A DNA stretch of 64,000 nt from Phycisphaerae bacterium (GCA_963666835.2 CAXXGO010000003.1:681980-745979); one strand, 5' to 3'; shown: positions 51,506-62,905, numbered from the stretch's first letter. Translations and numbers: made by a program. The notes: generated from the sequence alone by a model not told the origin.

Positions 51506-52571
51506 TCACGCATCGGGGGACTCGGGTTCGTCATCGCGGTTAAGGTCGCGCAACAGGTCGGCGAAAGCCCTATCGAAGCCTCCCGGCTGTCTCCAGTTGG
51601 AGAAGTCGGGGATGTGGAACTCGCGGACCTTCTCGGCGAGATCCACGCCGGTGTCGGCGTCCAAACAGGTCCAGGTTCTGATCTCTTCAAACGGGACCAG
51701 ACGGATGGGAAAGAGGACGATTCGGCCGGATTTGCGTTGCTTGGCGAGGGCGAGTTTTGATCTCGCGAACCACCCAATTGCTAGCCATGCTCTCTTTGGA
51801 GAGGACCAAGAGAAGGCGGTCGCGGCGGCTGATGGCCTCTTGGAGCTGGGAGTCGACCTTAACGGCCGCCGCGCATATCTTCCGGGGCAAACCAGACAGG
51901 GAGCTTTGCGGCAGTGAGGCACGCATGGAGGCGGCGGGCGAAGTCATCGTTGAAGCTGCTGTAGCTGATGAAACAGGAAGAGAACTGACTCGGCGACATG
52001 GACTGGATGATGGCGGGGGAGATGGGTGATGAGCTCTTCGGGGACGCCGCAACCACGTAGAAAGGAATCGGGGATGGTGCCTTGTGATCTGAATATGGTG
52101 TCCACGCCGATTGTTGAGGGGCCGACGTGGGACACCGAGTCAAGGCCCGAAGCCCAGAGAAGGTCGACATCGGCAAAGACAGTATAGCCAATCGTCGCGT
52201 CTTCGAACAGGCTCCCGCGCAAGTTCGCCGTGTTCAGGTCGGCCGCTACCCAGGAAGGCCTGCTCCAAGTTGGCCTCCCCCGAGGGTTGGAGTCCGCCAG
52301 GTTGGCGCCCACGAGGTTGGCCAACACGAGGTCGGATTCCCTCAGGTTGGCCGACATAAGGTTGGCCTCCGGTAACCTGGCCCGCGTCAGGATGGCCCCC
52401 GTCAAGTTGGCGCCCTCTAGGTCGGCGGGGGCTAGTTGCGCCCCCGGCAGCTCAACACGATTCAGCGGGGCACCTGTCAGATCTAGGACTATGTCGGGGT
52501 TCTGCTCTCGCCACTTGTTGAAAGCTCCCGGTGCCTTGTTTGACGAGTTTGACGTGATCTTCATTGGCCAT
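51506..52571 (-). CDS. Pentapeptide-repeat protein fused to a TIR domain (frameshifted in this assembly)
   Basis: GGAGG RBS; MANEDHVKLVKQG; pentapeptide repeats; SCFISYSS..DDFARRL, VWFAPEDMRGG, LLLVLSKESMASNWVVREI, LFPIRL. Confidence 0.85.
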
Positions 52572-52672
52572 GGGGACCTCCGTAGGGATAGCCGGGGAAA
52601 CGGGGAACCAGATGGAGGGGGATGATACCACACGTTAGGAAGGTTACAAAACTCGGGGGGAATGCGCGCACG

Positions 52673-53560
52673 TTATGACCCTGTGGCGGCTTTGACGAGG
52701 GCCAGGAAGTGCTTGGGGCCGGTTGGCGTTCGGGTGAATTCCGGCCAGAGCATTACGGCGGGGGTCTTGGCCGAGGGGAGGTATAGCTCCGGGAACCGGT
52801 CGTAATACGCGCGGTAAAGGTGGGCGCCGAGCCAGCGGGAGGTGTGCAGGGAATAGTCGTAGGTGACCTGGCGGACGCCGGCGTCGTCGTAATACCAAGG
52901 ACCAACCCAGCGAGATGAACGGGACGACCTGGCAATTGTGCTTGATGGCCTCGGCGACGGTGCGCTGGATGATGAGCTGATTGAGTGTGGTACCGAGCGC
53001 CGGGTAGTACGCCGAGCAGCTCATCAGGCCGTCGTGTTTGACGGCGACCGGGGTCCAGGGGGAGGTGCGCCAGCCGCCCTTGCAAGGGTGCGGCTCTTGG
53101 GCGCCTTGGTCATACCACATTACCCGGCAGTCCGGAGCGACCTTATGGGCGATGTTGTACAGCGCGTCCAGTTTGGCGATGACCAACCGCGCGGGTGACG
53201 GCGCCCCGCGACCATGATCTCGTGATCGAAGATGACGACGCGCAGGCAGGTGCCGTGCTCCTCAGCGATGGCCTGCACTTCGGTCAGACGCTCGGCCACC
53301 AGGTTGCATTCGTGGGCGTAAGACTCGCCCAGGTCAGGTCGCGAAAGCGTCACGGGCCGTCGGGTGGTAGACCGGGAGAGCTTTGTCCGGGGCCGGAGGC
53401 GGTGGGCCACGCTGGGAGTAGTAGTGTTGCTCACTGTATGGGGAGTACACGGCCGTCAGGTCGGCGTCATACTTCTGGCATAACTCGGCGCAGAGGTGCC
53501 AGTGCTCAAGCGGGCTCCATTGGGCGTCTCAATTCCTACCCGCACGCGGTCTACAACTTC
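52673..53560 (-). pseudogene. Fragmented hypothetical protein (possibly TIM-barrel/glycosidase-like)
   Basis: Protein-like segments in successive frames (VVIFDHE, KLDALYNIAHKVAPDCRVMWY, VVPFISLG, YDYSLHTSRWLG); start not identifiable. Confidence 0.4.
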
Positions 53561-53751
53561 CAGGACGGGCGTGGTTGCTGTCGCACGGGTTTCCCGCTCC
53601 CGAGGATCCCAATGCCTCGCATGAATGGGACGAGTCCGCGATGGAGCCCTTCTTCGCCACATGAAGGGTCGGCGTGCCTCCTTCCTGCATCGGTGTACCG
53701 GCACGGAAATGCGTTTCGTCCTGCCTAAGCAATTAACCTCTCGGTGTACCC

Positions 53752-55902
53752 ATGAATAAGACCTGGTCGACACGACAGTGTGTGCTGGTTCTTTCGATCC
53801 TCCTTGCGTCGGTGCCCTCGGCCTGTGCCCAAGACGCCGACGCTCCGCTGAGCTTTCTTGAATTCACCCGTCGTCAGGCAGCCGAAATGTGCCTCGGCTT
53901 CCAGCCGCCGTCGACTGTTGCTCAATTCAAGGAACTCCAACGCCTTGAGGCCGCCGGGATACGGACCGACTACCAGTCGCCCGTCGATCTCGCCCAATGG
54001 AACAAACGCCGTGCGAAAGTGCGAGAACGGCTTCAAGCGGCCTGGGGCGAATTCCCGGCCGAGAAGTGCCCGCTCGAGCCCCGCGTACTGGGAACACTCC
54101 AGCGGGACGGATATCGCGTGGAGAAGGTCGTCTTTCAGACGATGCGCGGCGTGTGGATGACGGCCAACGCGTATGTACCGCAAGGGGAGGGGAAGTTCCC
54201 GGCCGTCTTGTGCGTCCACGGCCATTGGCGCGCGGCGAAGCAGGATCCGGTCGTCCAGTCGCGATGCATCGGACTGGCGAAACTTGGCTTCTTCGTCCTC
54301 GTCGTCGATGCGTTCGGTGCCGGCGAACGCGGCCTCGGCAAGGCACTCGGCGAGTATCACGGCGAGATGGTCGGGGCGACGCTGTTTCCCGTCGGGCTGA
54401 CGCTGTGCGGCTTGCAGGTCTACGAGAACACACGGGCGGTCGACTATCTTCTGACGCGGCCGGAGGTGGACGGCAAGCGGCTGGGGATCACCGGGGCCAG
54501 CGGCGGCGGGAACCAGACGATGTACGCCGGGGCGTGGGACGAGCGGTTTTCGGCGGTGGTGCCGGTCTGCTCGGTCGGCAACTACCAGGCCTATCTCGGC
54601 GCGGCCTGCTGCATGTGCGAAGTCGTGCCCGGGGCACTGGCGTTCACCGAGGAATGGGGCGTGCTGGCACTGACGGCGCCGCGAGGCCTGCGCGTGATCA
54701 ACGCCACGCGAGACGCTCGGCAGTTCTCCGTGCAAGAGGCCGAAAAGTCGCTCATCGTGGCGGAGAAGGTCTTCGACCTTTACGGGGAAGAAGACAACCT
54801 CGATCACGCAGTATTCGAGTCGGGTCACGCTTATAACCAACCCATGCGCGAGTCGATGTACGGCTGGATGACGCGGTTCCTGAAGGGGACCGGTGACGGG
54901 TCGCCGATTTCGGAGCCGGAGATTCAGACGGAAGACCCGGAGGCGCTGCGGTGCTTTCCCGGCGATTCGCGACCGGACGATTTCATGACGATTCCGAAGT
55001 TTGCCGCGAGGGAGGCCCGGAAGGTTTTGGAGGGGCACGCGACGCCTGCGGATGCCGGCGCGTGGCGGAGTCAGAAGGGGGCGATGCTTCGCGGGCTGCA
55101 CCGGTGCCTCTTCGGCGGGAATCCGCCCCAGGCGAAGTCGAAGGCACTGCTTTCCACGAACGTCGACGGCGAGACGCAGACGATTACGTTCGCACCGGAA
55201 CCGGGGCTCGAGTTGGTCGCGCGGCGGACTTTCCGCGAGTCACCGCCGGAGCGGCTGGCGATCGTCCTCGACCTGGCCGGTGCGGAGAAGGCTGCGGCCG
55301 GTAGGCTTGCCGTTGCCTTACGTGAAAAGGGTTGGAGCGTCCTCACGCTCGACCTCCGCGCCACCGGCCAGTTGGCTCAGCCCAACGACAAGATCGGCCG
55401 GGCCGGCGATCACAACACGGCCGAATGGTCGCTCTGGCTGGGGCGTCCGCTATTGGGTCAGTGGGTTATCGACGTTCGCCGCTTGCTGGATGCGCTGACG
55501 GAACAGGACGGGCGGCTGCCGAAAGAAGTCCTCGTCGCCGGCACGGGTCCCGCCGGACTGGTGGCGATCAGTGCGGCCGCGCTCGATTCGCGGATTACGG
55601 ATGTGGCGGCGCTCGACACGCTGGCCGGTTACGTGACGGAAGAGCCGTTCGAAGGCCAACCGCTGGGAATTATGGTCCCGGGGATTCTGCGAGACGTCGG
55701 CGATGTTCCGCACCTCGCGTCGCTCGTCGCCCCGAGGCGGCTGGTGATTGCCGGGGGCGTGGCGGGGAATGGGAAGCCGCTGGATGCGGCCGAGTTGGAG
55801 GAGGCATTTTCGGCTACGAGGAGGGCGTATGAATTGGAGAAGGCGGCGGGGGCGTTGCGGGTGGAGGGAAGTTCGGACCCAGGTGGGGTCGTCGACGAGT
55901 AG
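53752..55902 (+). CDS. Secreted tandem alpha/beta-hydrolase (acetylxylan esterase-like)
   Basis: Signal peptide; YRVEKVVF, PAVLCVHGH, RAVDYL.TRPEVD, GITGASGGG nucleophile elbow, SGHAY; degenerate second domain. Confidence 0.88.
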   Translation: MNKTWSTRQCVLVLSILLASVPSACAQDADAPLSFLEFTRRQAAEMCLGFQPPSTVAQFKELQRLEAAGIRTDYQSPVDLAQWNKRRAKVRERLQAAWGEFPAEKCPLEPRVLGTLQRDGYRVEKVVFQTMRGVWMTANAYVPQGEGKFPAVLCVHGHWRAAKQDPVVQSRCIGLAKLGFFVLVVDAFGAGERGLGKALGEYHGEMVGATLFPVGLTLCGLQVYENTRAVDYLLTRPEVDGKRLGITGASGGGNQTMYAGAWDERFSAVVPVCSVGNYQAYLGAACCMCEVVPGALAFTEEWGVLALTAPRGLRVINATRDARQFSVQEAEKSLIVAEKVFDLYGEEDNLDHAVFESGHAYNQPMRESMYGWMTRFLKGTGDGSPISEPEIQTEDPEALRCFPGDSRPDDFMTIPKFAAREARKVLEGHATPADAGAWRSQKGAMLRGLHRCLFGGNPPQAKSKALLSTNVDGETQTITFAPEPGLELVARRTFRESPPERLAIVLDLAGAEKAAAGRLAVALREKGWSVLTLDLRATGQLAQPNDKIGRAGDHNTAEWSLWLGRPLLGQWVIDVRRLLDALTEQDGRLPKEVLVAGTGPAGLVAISAAALDSRITDVAALDTLAGYVTEEPFEGQPLGIMVPGILRDVGDVPHLASLVAPRRLVIAGGVAGNGKPLDAAELEEAFSATRRAYELEKAAGALRVEGSSDPGGVVDE

Positions 55903-55926
55903 GTCCCGGCTGCCGGACGGGACCTC
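55899..55926 (+). repeat. GTAG-type REP-like hairpin (second copy at 62871-62900)
   Basis: GTAGGTCCCGGCTGCCGGACGGGACCT versus GTAGGTCCCGCCTGCCGGGGCGAAACCT; both lie at gene 3' ends. Confidence 0.55.
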
Positions 55927-55973
55927 GAAAGGAGGAGGGGTTTCGGTATTTGGGACTGGGGATTGGGGTGAGA

Positions 55974-56546
55974 TCAGGTGCTGGACCCCAACCGCCCCCG
56001 CACCTCCATCAGCGCGAACCCCAGCAAATTCAACCCCCGCCACCGTGCCGGGTTTGCCGCATTTTCATTGTTCCGGCCCATGCCGATGCCCCAAATCCGA
56101 TCGCGGGGTGCCGCTTCCACCAGAACTGTTGACCCCGTCTCGACGAGGAACCGACCCATCTCGGCGTTCTGCGTGAACTTGGCCAGATTCCCGGCGACCA
56201 CGATCTCGAACCGGTTCTCGGCCCACTTCTCATTGATGAACCCTCGAACCTTCCGCCCCAGCGCCTTCGCCTCCTTCGGGGTCTCGGCCACGATGATCTT
56301 GTCGAAGAACTCGTCGTCCGAGAAGAGCCGCGACTTCGCTGCCATCATGTAGTGTTCGGTCGTCGCGTATCGCACTCCGTCGATCTCGAACGGGGCGGGG
56401 AACCAGTTACTCAAGCAGGACTGATCGACGCGGCCGTCCTCCTTGGGCGTGTGGCCCCAGAAGAAGAGGTAATCGGGGGTGGCGCCGCGATCGATGATCT
56501 CGACGAGGTCGGCGACGGATCGGGCTTGGGGTGGGGTGTGCGTCAT
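55974..56546 (-). CDS. NADAR-family (YbiA/DUF1768) N-glycosidase
   Basis: FFWGH, CLSNWF, TEHYMMA.K..LF.D, K.LGRKV, KFTQN, LVEAAPRDRIWGIG, WRGLNLLGFALMEVR. Confidence 0.93.
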   Translation of the reverse strand: MTHTPPQARSVADLVEIIDRGATPDYLFFWGHTPKEDGRVDQSCLSNWFPAPFEIDGVRYATTEHYMMAAKSRLFSDDEFFDKIIVAETPKEAKALGRKVRGFINEKWAENRFEIVVAGNLAKFTQNAEMGRFLVETGSTVLVEAAPRDRIWGIGMGRNNENAANPARWRGLNLLGFALMEVRGRLGSST

Positions 56547-56587
56547 TTTGGATGGTAGATGCATTGGGCAGGCTGACGGCTTGGACT

Positions 56588-57349
56588 TCAAGAGTCTCCG
56601 CGAGCGGCCCGGTGAGATTGTTCGTTCGTAATACGCTCAATTTCATCCGTCGATAGCTGCCGATAGTAGCCCTTTTTGATCATCTGCCTGACGAAGGTCG
56701 TCGATGAGCGAATGCAAAACTGCCTCGCGACTTCTTCGGTGATGGTCTGCACGTTTGAAACCGAATCAAGATTGCGGAGATGAGCGGATATGATGTCGCT
56801 GACCGAGGAATCCTCGGATACGCCGCGGTCTTCGTCGCCGCGCGCAGAAGTATCGGAAAGTTTGAAGGCGGTGTTCAGTGTGGGCTCCGTGTGGATGCCG
56901 GTTTCGTCGTTGTCGCGAAATGAATGGCACGACCAGTTGACCCTACTATCGCCGTCGAGGCTGTGGTAGACGGCAACCTGGATTCGGAGAAATGCGGATC
57001 TTGTTCCGTTGAGAAGGTAGAGCCAGTACACCTCCTTGCCGCCGACCGTATCCAATCGAGCGCCATAGGTTAGTGTGAATCCGTGGCTCTCGGCTTCGGC
57101 AAGAAGCGGAACCACCTTGTCAAGAATATCCCTGGGAATATCGTCGGGATTGCTAATCCATCCCGGCTCGGCGTCGGACTCACCCCATATCGCGGGCAAG
57201 TGCAGCCCGCATATTCGTCGTAGCACGAGATAGCAGAACCCCGGTATACGCAAGATGAGAGGCAGCGATGCAAGGTCACTCCAAAGCGCCGCATGCGGAT
57301 ACCGCGAGTCATCGGGCGTGTAATATCGTCGCATCAATGTCCGTCTCAC
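56588..57349 (-). CDS. Hypothetical protein
   Basis: 253-aa ORF with lower GC than its neighbours; no motif recognised. Confidence 0.55.
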   Translation of the reverse strand: MRRTLMRRYYTPDDSRYPHAALWSDLASLPLILRIPGFCYLVLRRICGLHLPAIWGESDAEPGWISNPDDIPRDILDKVVPLLAEAESHGFTLTYGARLDTVGGKEVYWLYLLNGTRSAFLRIQVAVYHSLDGDSRVNWSCHSFRDNDETGIHTEPTLNTAFKLSDTSARGDEDRGVSEDSSVSDIISAHLRNLDSVSNVQTITEEVARQFCIRSSTTFVRQMIKKGYYRQLSTDEIERITNEQSHRAARGDS

Positions 57350-57580
57350 TAATCAAACGAATACCCGCCGAAGAAGATCTCCGTCGGCTGATCGCCCTCG
57401 TACACGGCGAGGATCCCATCGTTTGCTCCTTGCGTTTTCCTGTTTGTGGCGAGGTCGTCTTCTTGTCGATATTGGCAGTTTACTGGATGAGGTTGAGGAG
57501 GTAAATGGGTTGCGGGAGGAAATGGGCGGAATCCCCTCCTGGCATTTCGCCCCGCCATCCCATGCGGTCCCCCAACTCAG

Positions 57581-58268
57581 CTACTCCACGCCCAACAGCC
57601 GATCCAAATACGACCCCTCGGGAATCGTCAGCTCGACATCGTCCCGCATGATGACGGGGCGTTGATCGTGGAACATCACTCGGCATCCGACCGGGAGGGA
57701 AAGGTAGGGCACGACATGGGGTATGGCCAGCATCGCCTCGTAGAGGGACATGACCCGCAATTGCTTCGGGTCGTTGTTGTCGACCTCTTCCGAGTCGCTC
57801 CCCAGGAGCCAGCCGGAATCGTTGGGTTTCGAGTCGTCGGGCTCCAACCGGTGGGCGAACATCGGCAGCGTATCGAACGCTCTGCCGACGAGGGCGATGT
57901 TGCCCAGCGACGGGGTTTCCGGCGTGAACCCGAAAGTCTCCGGGACGTACTTGTGTACGGCCGCAATTCCGAATACCGGTCCGAGATTCTCGACCCAGCG
58001 AATCGGCATCGTCTCGAAGTCGGGGGCGAGAAGCCGCAAGGTGCCGGATTCCACCCGGCACAGCAGGATCGCGTACCCGTATTGCAGCGTCTCCCCCGTC
58101 CGTGAACTCCGCGCCGTCGCGAATATAGTCCGAAAGCCAGTCGGCGAACGATTCGACGAAGAAATCAGCGGCCGACTCGTCGGTATTGAAAATGACTTCA
58201 CGAATCGATGGGGAATCGATATGTCGGCGAATTGTGTGCAATAGTAACCTCCGGATAGTTGTCACCAT
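57581..58268 (-). pseudogene. Imm33/DUF2185-like immunity protein (frameshift in a G-run near 58095)
   Basis: ..GAEFTDG|ETLQYG.., DSGW, SLYE, YLSLPVG motifs. Confidence 0.7.
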
Positions 58269-58287
58269 CGGCGAGCGTCAGCCGCTT

Positions 58288-58461
58288 CTAGCCCGCATCA
58301 TAATCGTTCACGGTCTCTGGGAGAAGGGAAGAGACTCCGCCGATGTAGGAATCGTATTCGTCATCCGTTCCGAAGTCGTGTACGCCGATCGGATCCCAGT
58401 CATTCCACAGGATGTCGTGAATCTGCCTAAATGTGTCGTGTTTGGAGTTCGGTGCGTTCAT
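58288..58461 (-). CDS. Short DUF1871/YugE-like protein (possibly truncated)
   Basis: ILWNDWDPIGV....DEYDSY motif. Confidence 0.55.
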   Translation of the reverse strand: MNAPNSKHDTFRQIHDILWNDWDPIGVHDFGTDDEYDSYIGGVSSLLPETVNDYDAG

Positions 58462-58732
58462 CGTTGGTTTGGCCGACGGTCCTCTTGGATCGAAAATCGC
58501 TGCGATTTTCCGCACGGGTTTTCGTGTCTATTCTCCGGCGCAGCCGGTATTAGACCTGCTCCTTCAGGACAGGTGACCCGGCGTCCCCCAACCCCGGCAT
58601 ATTCCTTTGACTCGCCCCTTCATGGGCCGCATGCTCACCGGTCCGCAGAAATGAAACATCCATAAATGGGCGTCTTGTATGGAAGACACAATGGGGTGGG
58701 GGGCCAACCGCGACTTATTCACTCGCGCTGAG

Positions 58733-59227
58733 TCATCGATGCGTTGCGTTCTCTGATCTCACAGACTCCAGGAAATCACGATAGCTGCCGGCATCCCCAT
58801 AGTCGTCGCCTTCCCGCGCAACCGCGTCGGCGATTTCGTCTCGAACGGGTTTCCATTTCTCGCGGTATTCGCGGCCGGACCGGCTCATCGCGGCATACCG
58901 GTCCCAGAGAATGTCAATTGTCTTGAAATCCGGACCGTGAGCGATCGCGTCATCCAGGAAGCGATCCAGATCCTGTAGTGAAGACACCGATGCATAGACT
59001 TGAGGAATCGCTTCGCAGTGCAGATTGTGCGTCCAATAAACATGAACGGCCCACTCGAGTTCCGAGATTCCCTCCGGGGGCTGAAGGACCAGACGATCGA
59101 CCTTCGTTCGTATTCTCGCGCCAAGTTGGCCACGCCTTGCCTGGTATGCAAGATAACTGGTTGCCGCGAGAACGGCCGCAACGGCAATCAAGGCCAGTAC
59201 GAGTGTGATTGATGACCGCAAATGCAT
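58733..59227 (-). CDS. Membrane-anchored hypothetical protein
   Basis: N-terminal TM helix followed by a soluble helical domain. Confidence 0.6.
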   Translation of the reverse strand: MHLRSSITLVLALIAVAAVLAATSYLAYQARRGQLGARIRTKVDRLVLQPPEGISELEWAVHVYWTHNLHCEAIPQVYASVSSLQDLDRFLDDAIAHGPDFKTIDILWDRYAAMSRSGREYREKWKPVRDEIADAVAREGDDYGDAGSYRDFLESVRSENATHR

Positions 59228-59554
59228 ACTGTTCTGGAGCCCGTACGAGGACTACTTGATAATTTCTCGGGTCGTGCTTCGCGACTCCCCTCATTCAAGC
59301 GAGTTGGATCAGCGAAGCTATTTGTTCACAAGTTCTCGGCGACCGAACGCGTTCATGACTCGTCCCCGTCTATCACCTGCAACCGCAAATCTGCTGCATG
59401 ATACGGACGCGGCCCACTGCGACACGTCACATTCTAGCAGGCGGCTGCGTTACTGTCCACTCCTTCCACCTGGAAAAGACTTGACTTGTCAGGGAAGAAC
59501 GTAGCATCACCCTGGGGCATCGGCGCAGAAACGAACCAAGCCCTGCAAGCCACG

Positions 59555-59998
59555 TCACACTTTCCCGCGAAGGCGGCCCTTCCACCCTCGCCAGTTCTTC
59601 TCCGGACGGAGCAGTCTCTCTGGGTGCTCTTCAAGATACGCTCGTTGCCAACACGGATCGCGGAAGTTCTTTCGTGCAAAGAGCGGGAAGAGCCGCTCGG
59701 CTTCACGCTGAGCCTCTTCGACGTTGTCGAATTCACACGTGACGAAGTCCATCGGCCCGATATTGTACCGCTCGGCGACTACGGACACGTTGTATCTGCC
59801 GAATTCTCGCGGAGTCTTCTGGTTGATTTGGATGAAGAATTTCAGGTCCGTCGTGGACCAGCAGGTGACCACGGTCCCGGCGGGAAGGCCGCCGGCGGTC
59901 TCCGGGGTCAGCACAATGTCAGTTCGTTCGATGCCGTGCCAACCGAGGGAAGCGGCGAAACGGCGGATTAACATTGACGGGTTCATAACGACCTTCAT
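59555..59998 (-). CDS. Hypothetical protein
   Basis: Only the C-terminal ~147 aa of ORF 59555-60415 look protein-like (from MKVVMNP). Confidence 0.5.
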   Translation of the reverse strand: MKVVMNPSMLIRRFAASLGWHGIERTDIVLTPETAGGLPAGTVVTCWSTTDLKFFIQINQKTPREFGRYNVSVVAERYNIGPMDFVTCEFDNVEEAQREAERLFPLFARKNFRDPCWQRAYLEEHPERLLRPEKNWRGWKGRLRGKV

Positions 59999-60350
59999 TG
60001 AGCACAGAGCCTGTTCATGAAGAGCTACCTTACCAATTCCCCTGACAAAACGCAACCGATGCGGAGTGGGATGTGGCAGCCTCCGCGGCAAATCTGGTTT
60101 CAAGTAGAGGAATCCGTCGGAGTGCCCCACGCCCATCGCCAGAGGCTCTGGGGCCACCAGTCGGTCATTCGTTTTGGGTTTGGGTGCAAGGATGGAAAAA
60201 TCACAAGGTGTCTTCAGCCTGGATGTGATGGAACGGGCAGAATGCGAGTCTGGGACAGACTCGCCAACTAGGGCGCTTGACACACGCTCCCCGCCCGTCC
60301 ACACTAACACAAGAGCCCCGCCCCGACCTCCCCTCCCCCAGGACCTCCCC

Positions 60351-62904
60351 ATGCGAACCTTCATCACGCCATCCTCACCACCGCCTTTCTTATTCAGATT
60401 TCCACGGCCGCCCACGCCGCGCCCCGGCTCACCCTCGCCCGCGACGGCAAGGCCCTCTGTCCGGTCGTTGTCGGTCCGGCGACGCCTCCGAACGCACCAA
60501 AGCCGCCGCCGAGACCCTCGCCGGGTTGCTCTCCCGCATCACCGGGGCCGATTTTGTCGTGAAGGAAGGCGACGGCAAGTCGGGCGTTGCCGTAGGTCGG
60601 CCGAGCGATTTCCCGAACAGCCCCTTCGCGGACCGCTGGGCCGAAGTTGCACCGAATCAGCGGGAAGACTACCTCCTTCGCACGCATCGCGACGGCGTCT
60701 GGCGTCATCGGGGCCGCCGACCTCGGCGTCGAACATGCGGTCTGGGATTTTCTGTATCGGCTCGGCTACCGGCAGTTCTTCCCCGGACGAGGCTGGTGGG
60801 AGGTCGTTCCGCAAATCCCCGAGCTGAAGGTGAGCCTCGACGTCGAGGAATCGCCGGATTACCAGCGCGCGGCGGATTTGGTATGGGTACGGCACGTGGG
60901 ATTATAATGCGGAACCGTATAAGGATTGGTGTGCGAAGAATCGGGCCACTTCCGGAATCCAGCTCAGCACGGGCCATTCCTACGGTGGGATCATTCGCGG
61001 GTGCAGGGAGGCGTTCGAGAGAGCACCCCGAGTATTACGCCCTGGTCGACGGGAAGCGGAATGTGCGCCCTCAGGCCAAGCTGTGTATCGGGAATCCCGA
61101 TCTGCGGAAGCTGGTTGTGGAGTATGCGGTGTCCCGGTTCGACAAGGATCCGGAGATGGACAGCATCTCCATGGATCCCAGTGACGGGGGCGGGTGGTGC
61201 GAGTGTGAAAAGTGCGCGGCGCTGGGGAGTGTGACGAATCGGGCGCTGCTACTGGCGAATGAAGTCGCGGCGGCCGTCAACGAGAAGTATCCCGGCAAGC
61301 TGGTCGGGATGTACGCGTACGCCTACCACTCCCCGCCGCCGAGTATCAAGCCGCATCCGCAAGTCGTTGTCAGCGTCGCCACGGCCTTCCTCAAGGGCGG
61401 TCTGACGCTCGATGAGATCCTCGACGGCTGGTCCAAGAAGGGCACAACGCTCGGCATTCGCGAGTACTACAGCGTCAACCCCTGGGACCGCGACATGCCG
61501 GGCGACCCGCGGGGCTCGAATATCGCCTATCTGAAGCGAACCATCCCCTCGTTCCACGCCCGCGGGGCGCGGTTCATGTCGGCCGAGTCGAGTGACAACT
61601 GGGGCCCCAACGGCCTGGGCTACTACCTGGCCGCGCGGATGCTCTGGGACGTCGACGAAGCCGGGCGGACCGATGAACTCGTCGACGACTTTCTGACGAA
61701 GGCCTTCGGCGCCGCCAAGGAACCGATGGCCGAGTTCTACCGGCAGATCGACGGTTCCAAGCCGCACCTCGTTTTTTCCGATCAACTCGGACGGATGTTT
61801 CGTGCCCTGGCCGACGCCCGGGAAGCGGCCGAGTCACCGGAAGTCGCCGCGCGGATCGACGATCTGATCCTCTACGCCCGATACGTCGACCTGTACCACC
61901 GCTACGCGAAGGCGAAGGACGCCGCCCGGCAGGAGGCGTTCGAGAACCTCATCCGCCATGCCTACCGGATGCGGAAGACGATGCTCGTCCATACCAAGGC
62001 CGTCTACCGCGACCTCGTCCACCGCGACAAGAGTGTCAGCATCCCGGAAGGGGCCGAGTGGAAGGTCCCGGAGGAAAAGAACCCGTGGAAGTCGAGCGGA
62101 CAATTTGAAAAGACCGAGTTGGCGGCGTTTGTGAAGGAGGGAATCGCACGGTATCCGCTGACGGAACTGGCGTTCGAACCGGTGGGGTTCGGCGACGATC
62201 TCGTCCCGGCGACGGGGCTGGATGCCGGTGACGCGCCGCGCGGCGAATTCGGCGCCGGCCGCGGAGAGCAGACGTTCTTCACCTACGTCAAGAAGGCCCC
62301 GGCGAAAATCGAACTGCGGATCACCGGCGGACTGATCGAGCATTACCGCGACCGGGGCAACGTGCGGGCGGAACTGTGGCAGATCGGCGGTGCCAGTGAA
62401 CAGGGCGAGAAGGAAACACTTGTCGCGACCGACCGGAGCGTCCCCCCGGACGGCGTCGAACGGACGATCAACCTCGCCGCCAAACAGCCGGGCCTGTACA
62501 AGATCGTGATCAACGACGGCAAGGATCGGACCTTGGTGGATTGGCCGGAGGGTCAGCCGATGACGGTCCTCTCCAGTGAGAAGACGCCCATGAACGGCGC
62601 CTACGGGTCCTGGATGGCCTATTTCTCTGTGCCGGAGGGCACCAAGGTCATCGGCCTCTACGGCGGCGGCCACGGCGAAATCCAAGACTCCGCCGGCCGC
62701 ACCGTCTTCTGGCTCAACGGCCGCGAGCCGAATTACTACAGCATAGAAGTCCCCGACGACCAAGACGGCACACTCTGGCGCATCCGGTTTGGCCGGGGAG
62801 CAATCCGCCTGCTGACCGTCCCGCCGTATTTTGCGCGGAGTGCGGAGGAGTTGCTGTTGCCACCGGGAGCAGTAGGTCCCGCCTGCCGGGGCGAAACCTT
62901 ATGA
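60351..62904 (+). CDS. Secreted DUF4838-domain protein (GH20/GH67-like N-terminal domain; 5' part frameshifted)
   Basis: MRTFIT..signal peptide; AAETLA..L.RITG, EDY.LRT, HAVWDFLYRLGYRQFFPG..WEVVP, HPEYYALVDG, KLC..NP, SMDPSDGGGWCEC, YAY..HS.PP. Confidence 0.8.
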
Positions 62905-62905
62905 G

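Noticed and set aside
53725..55101. 458-aa minus-strand ORF
   Set aside because: Antisense shadow of the alpha/beta-hydrolase gene.
55974..60000. Integron cassette array
   Set aside because: No repeated attC-like RYYYAAC..GTTRRRY palindromes between the genes and no IntI-type integrase.
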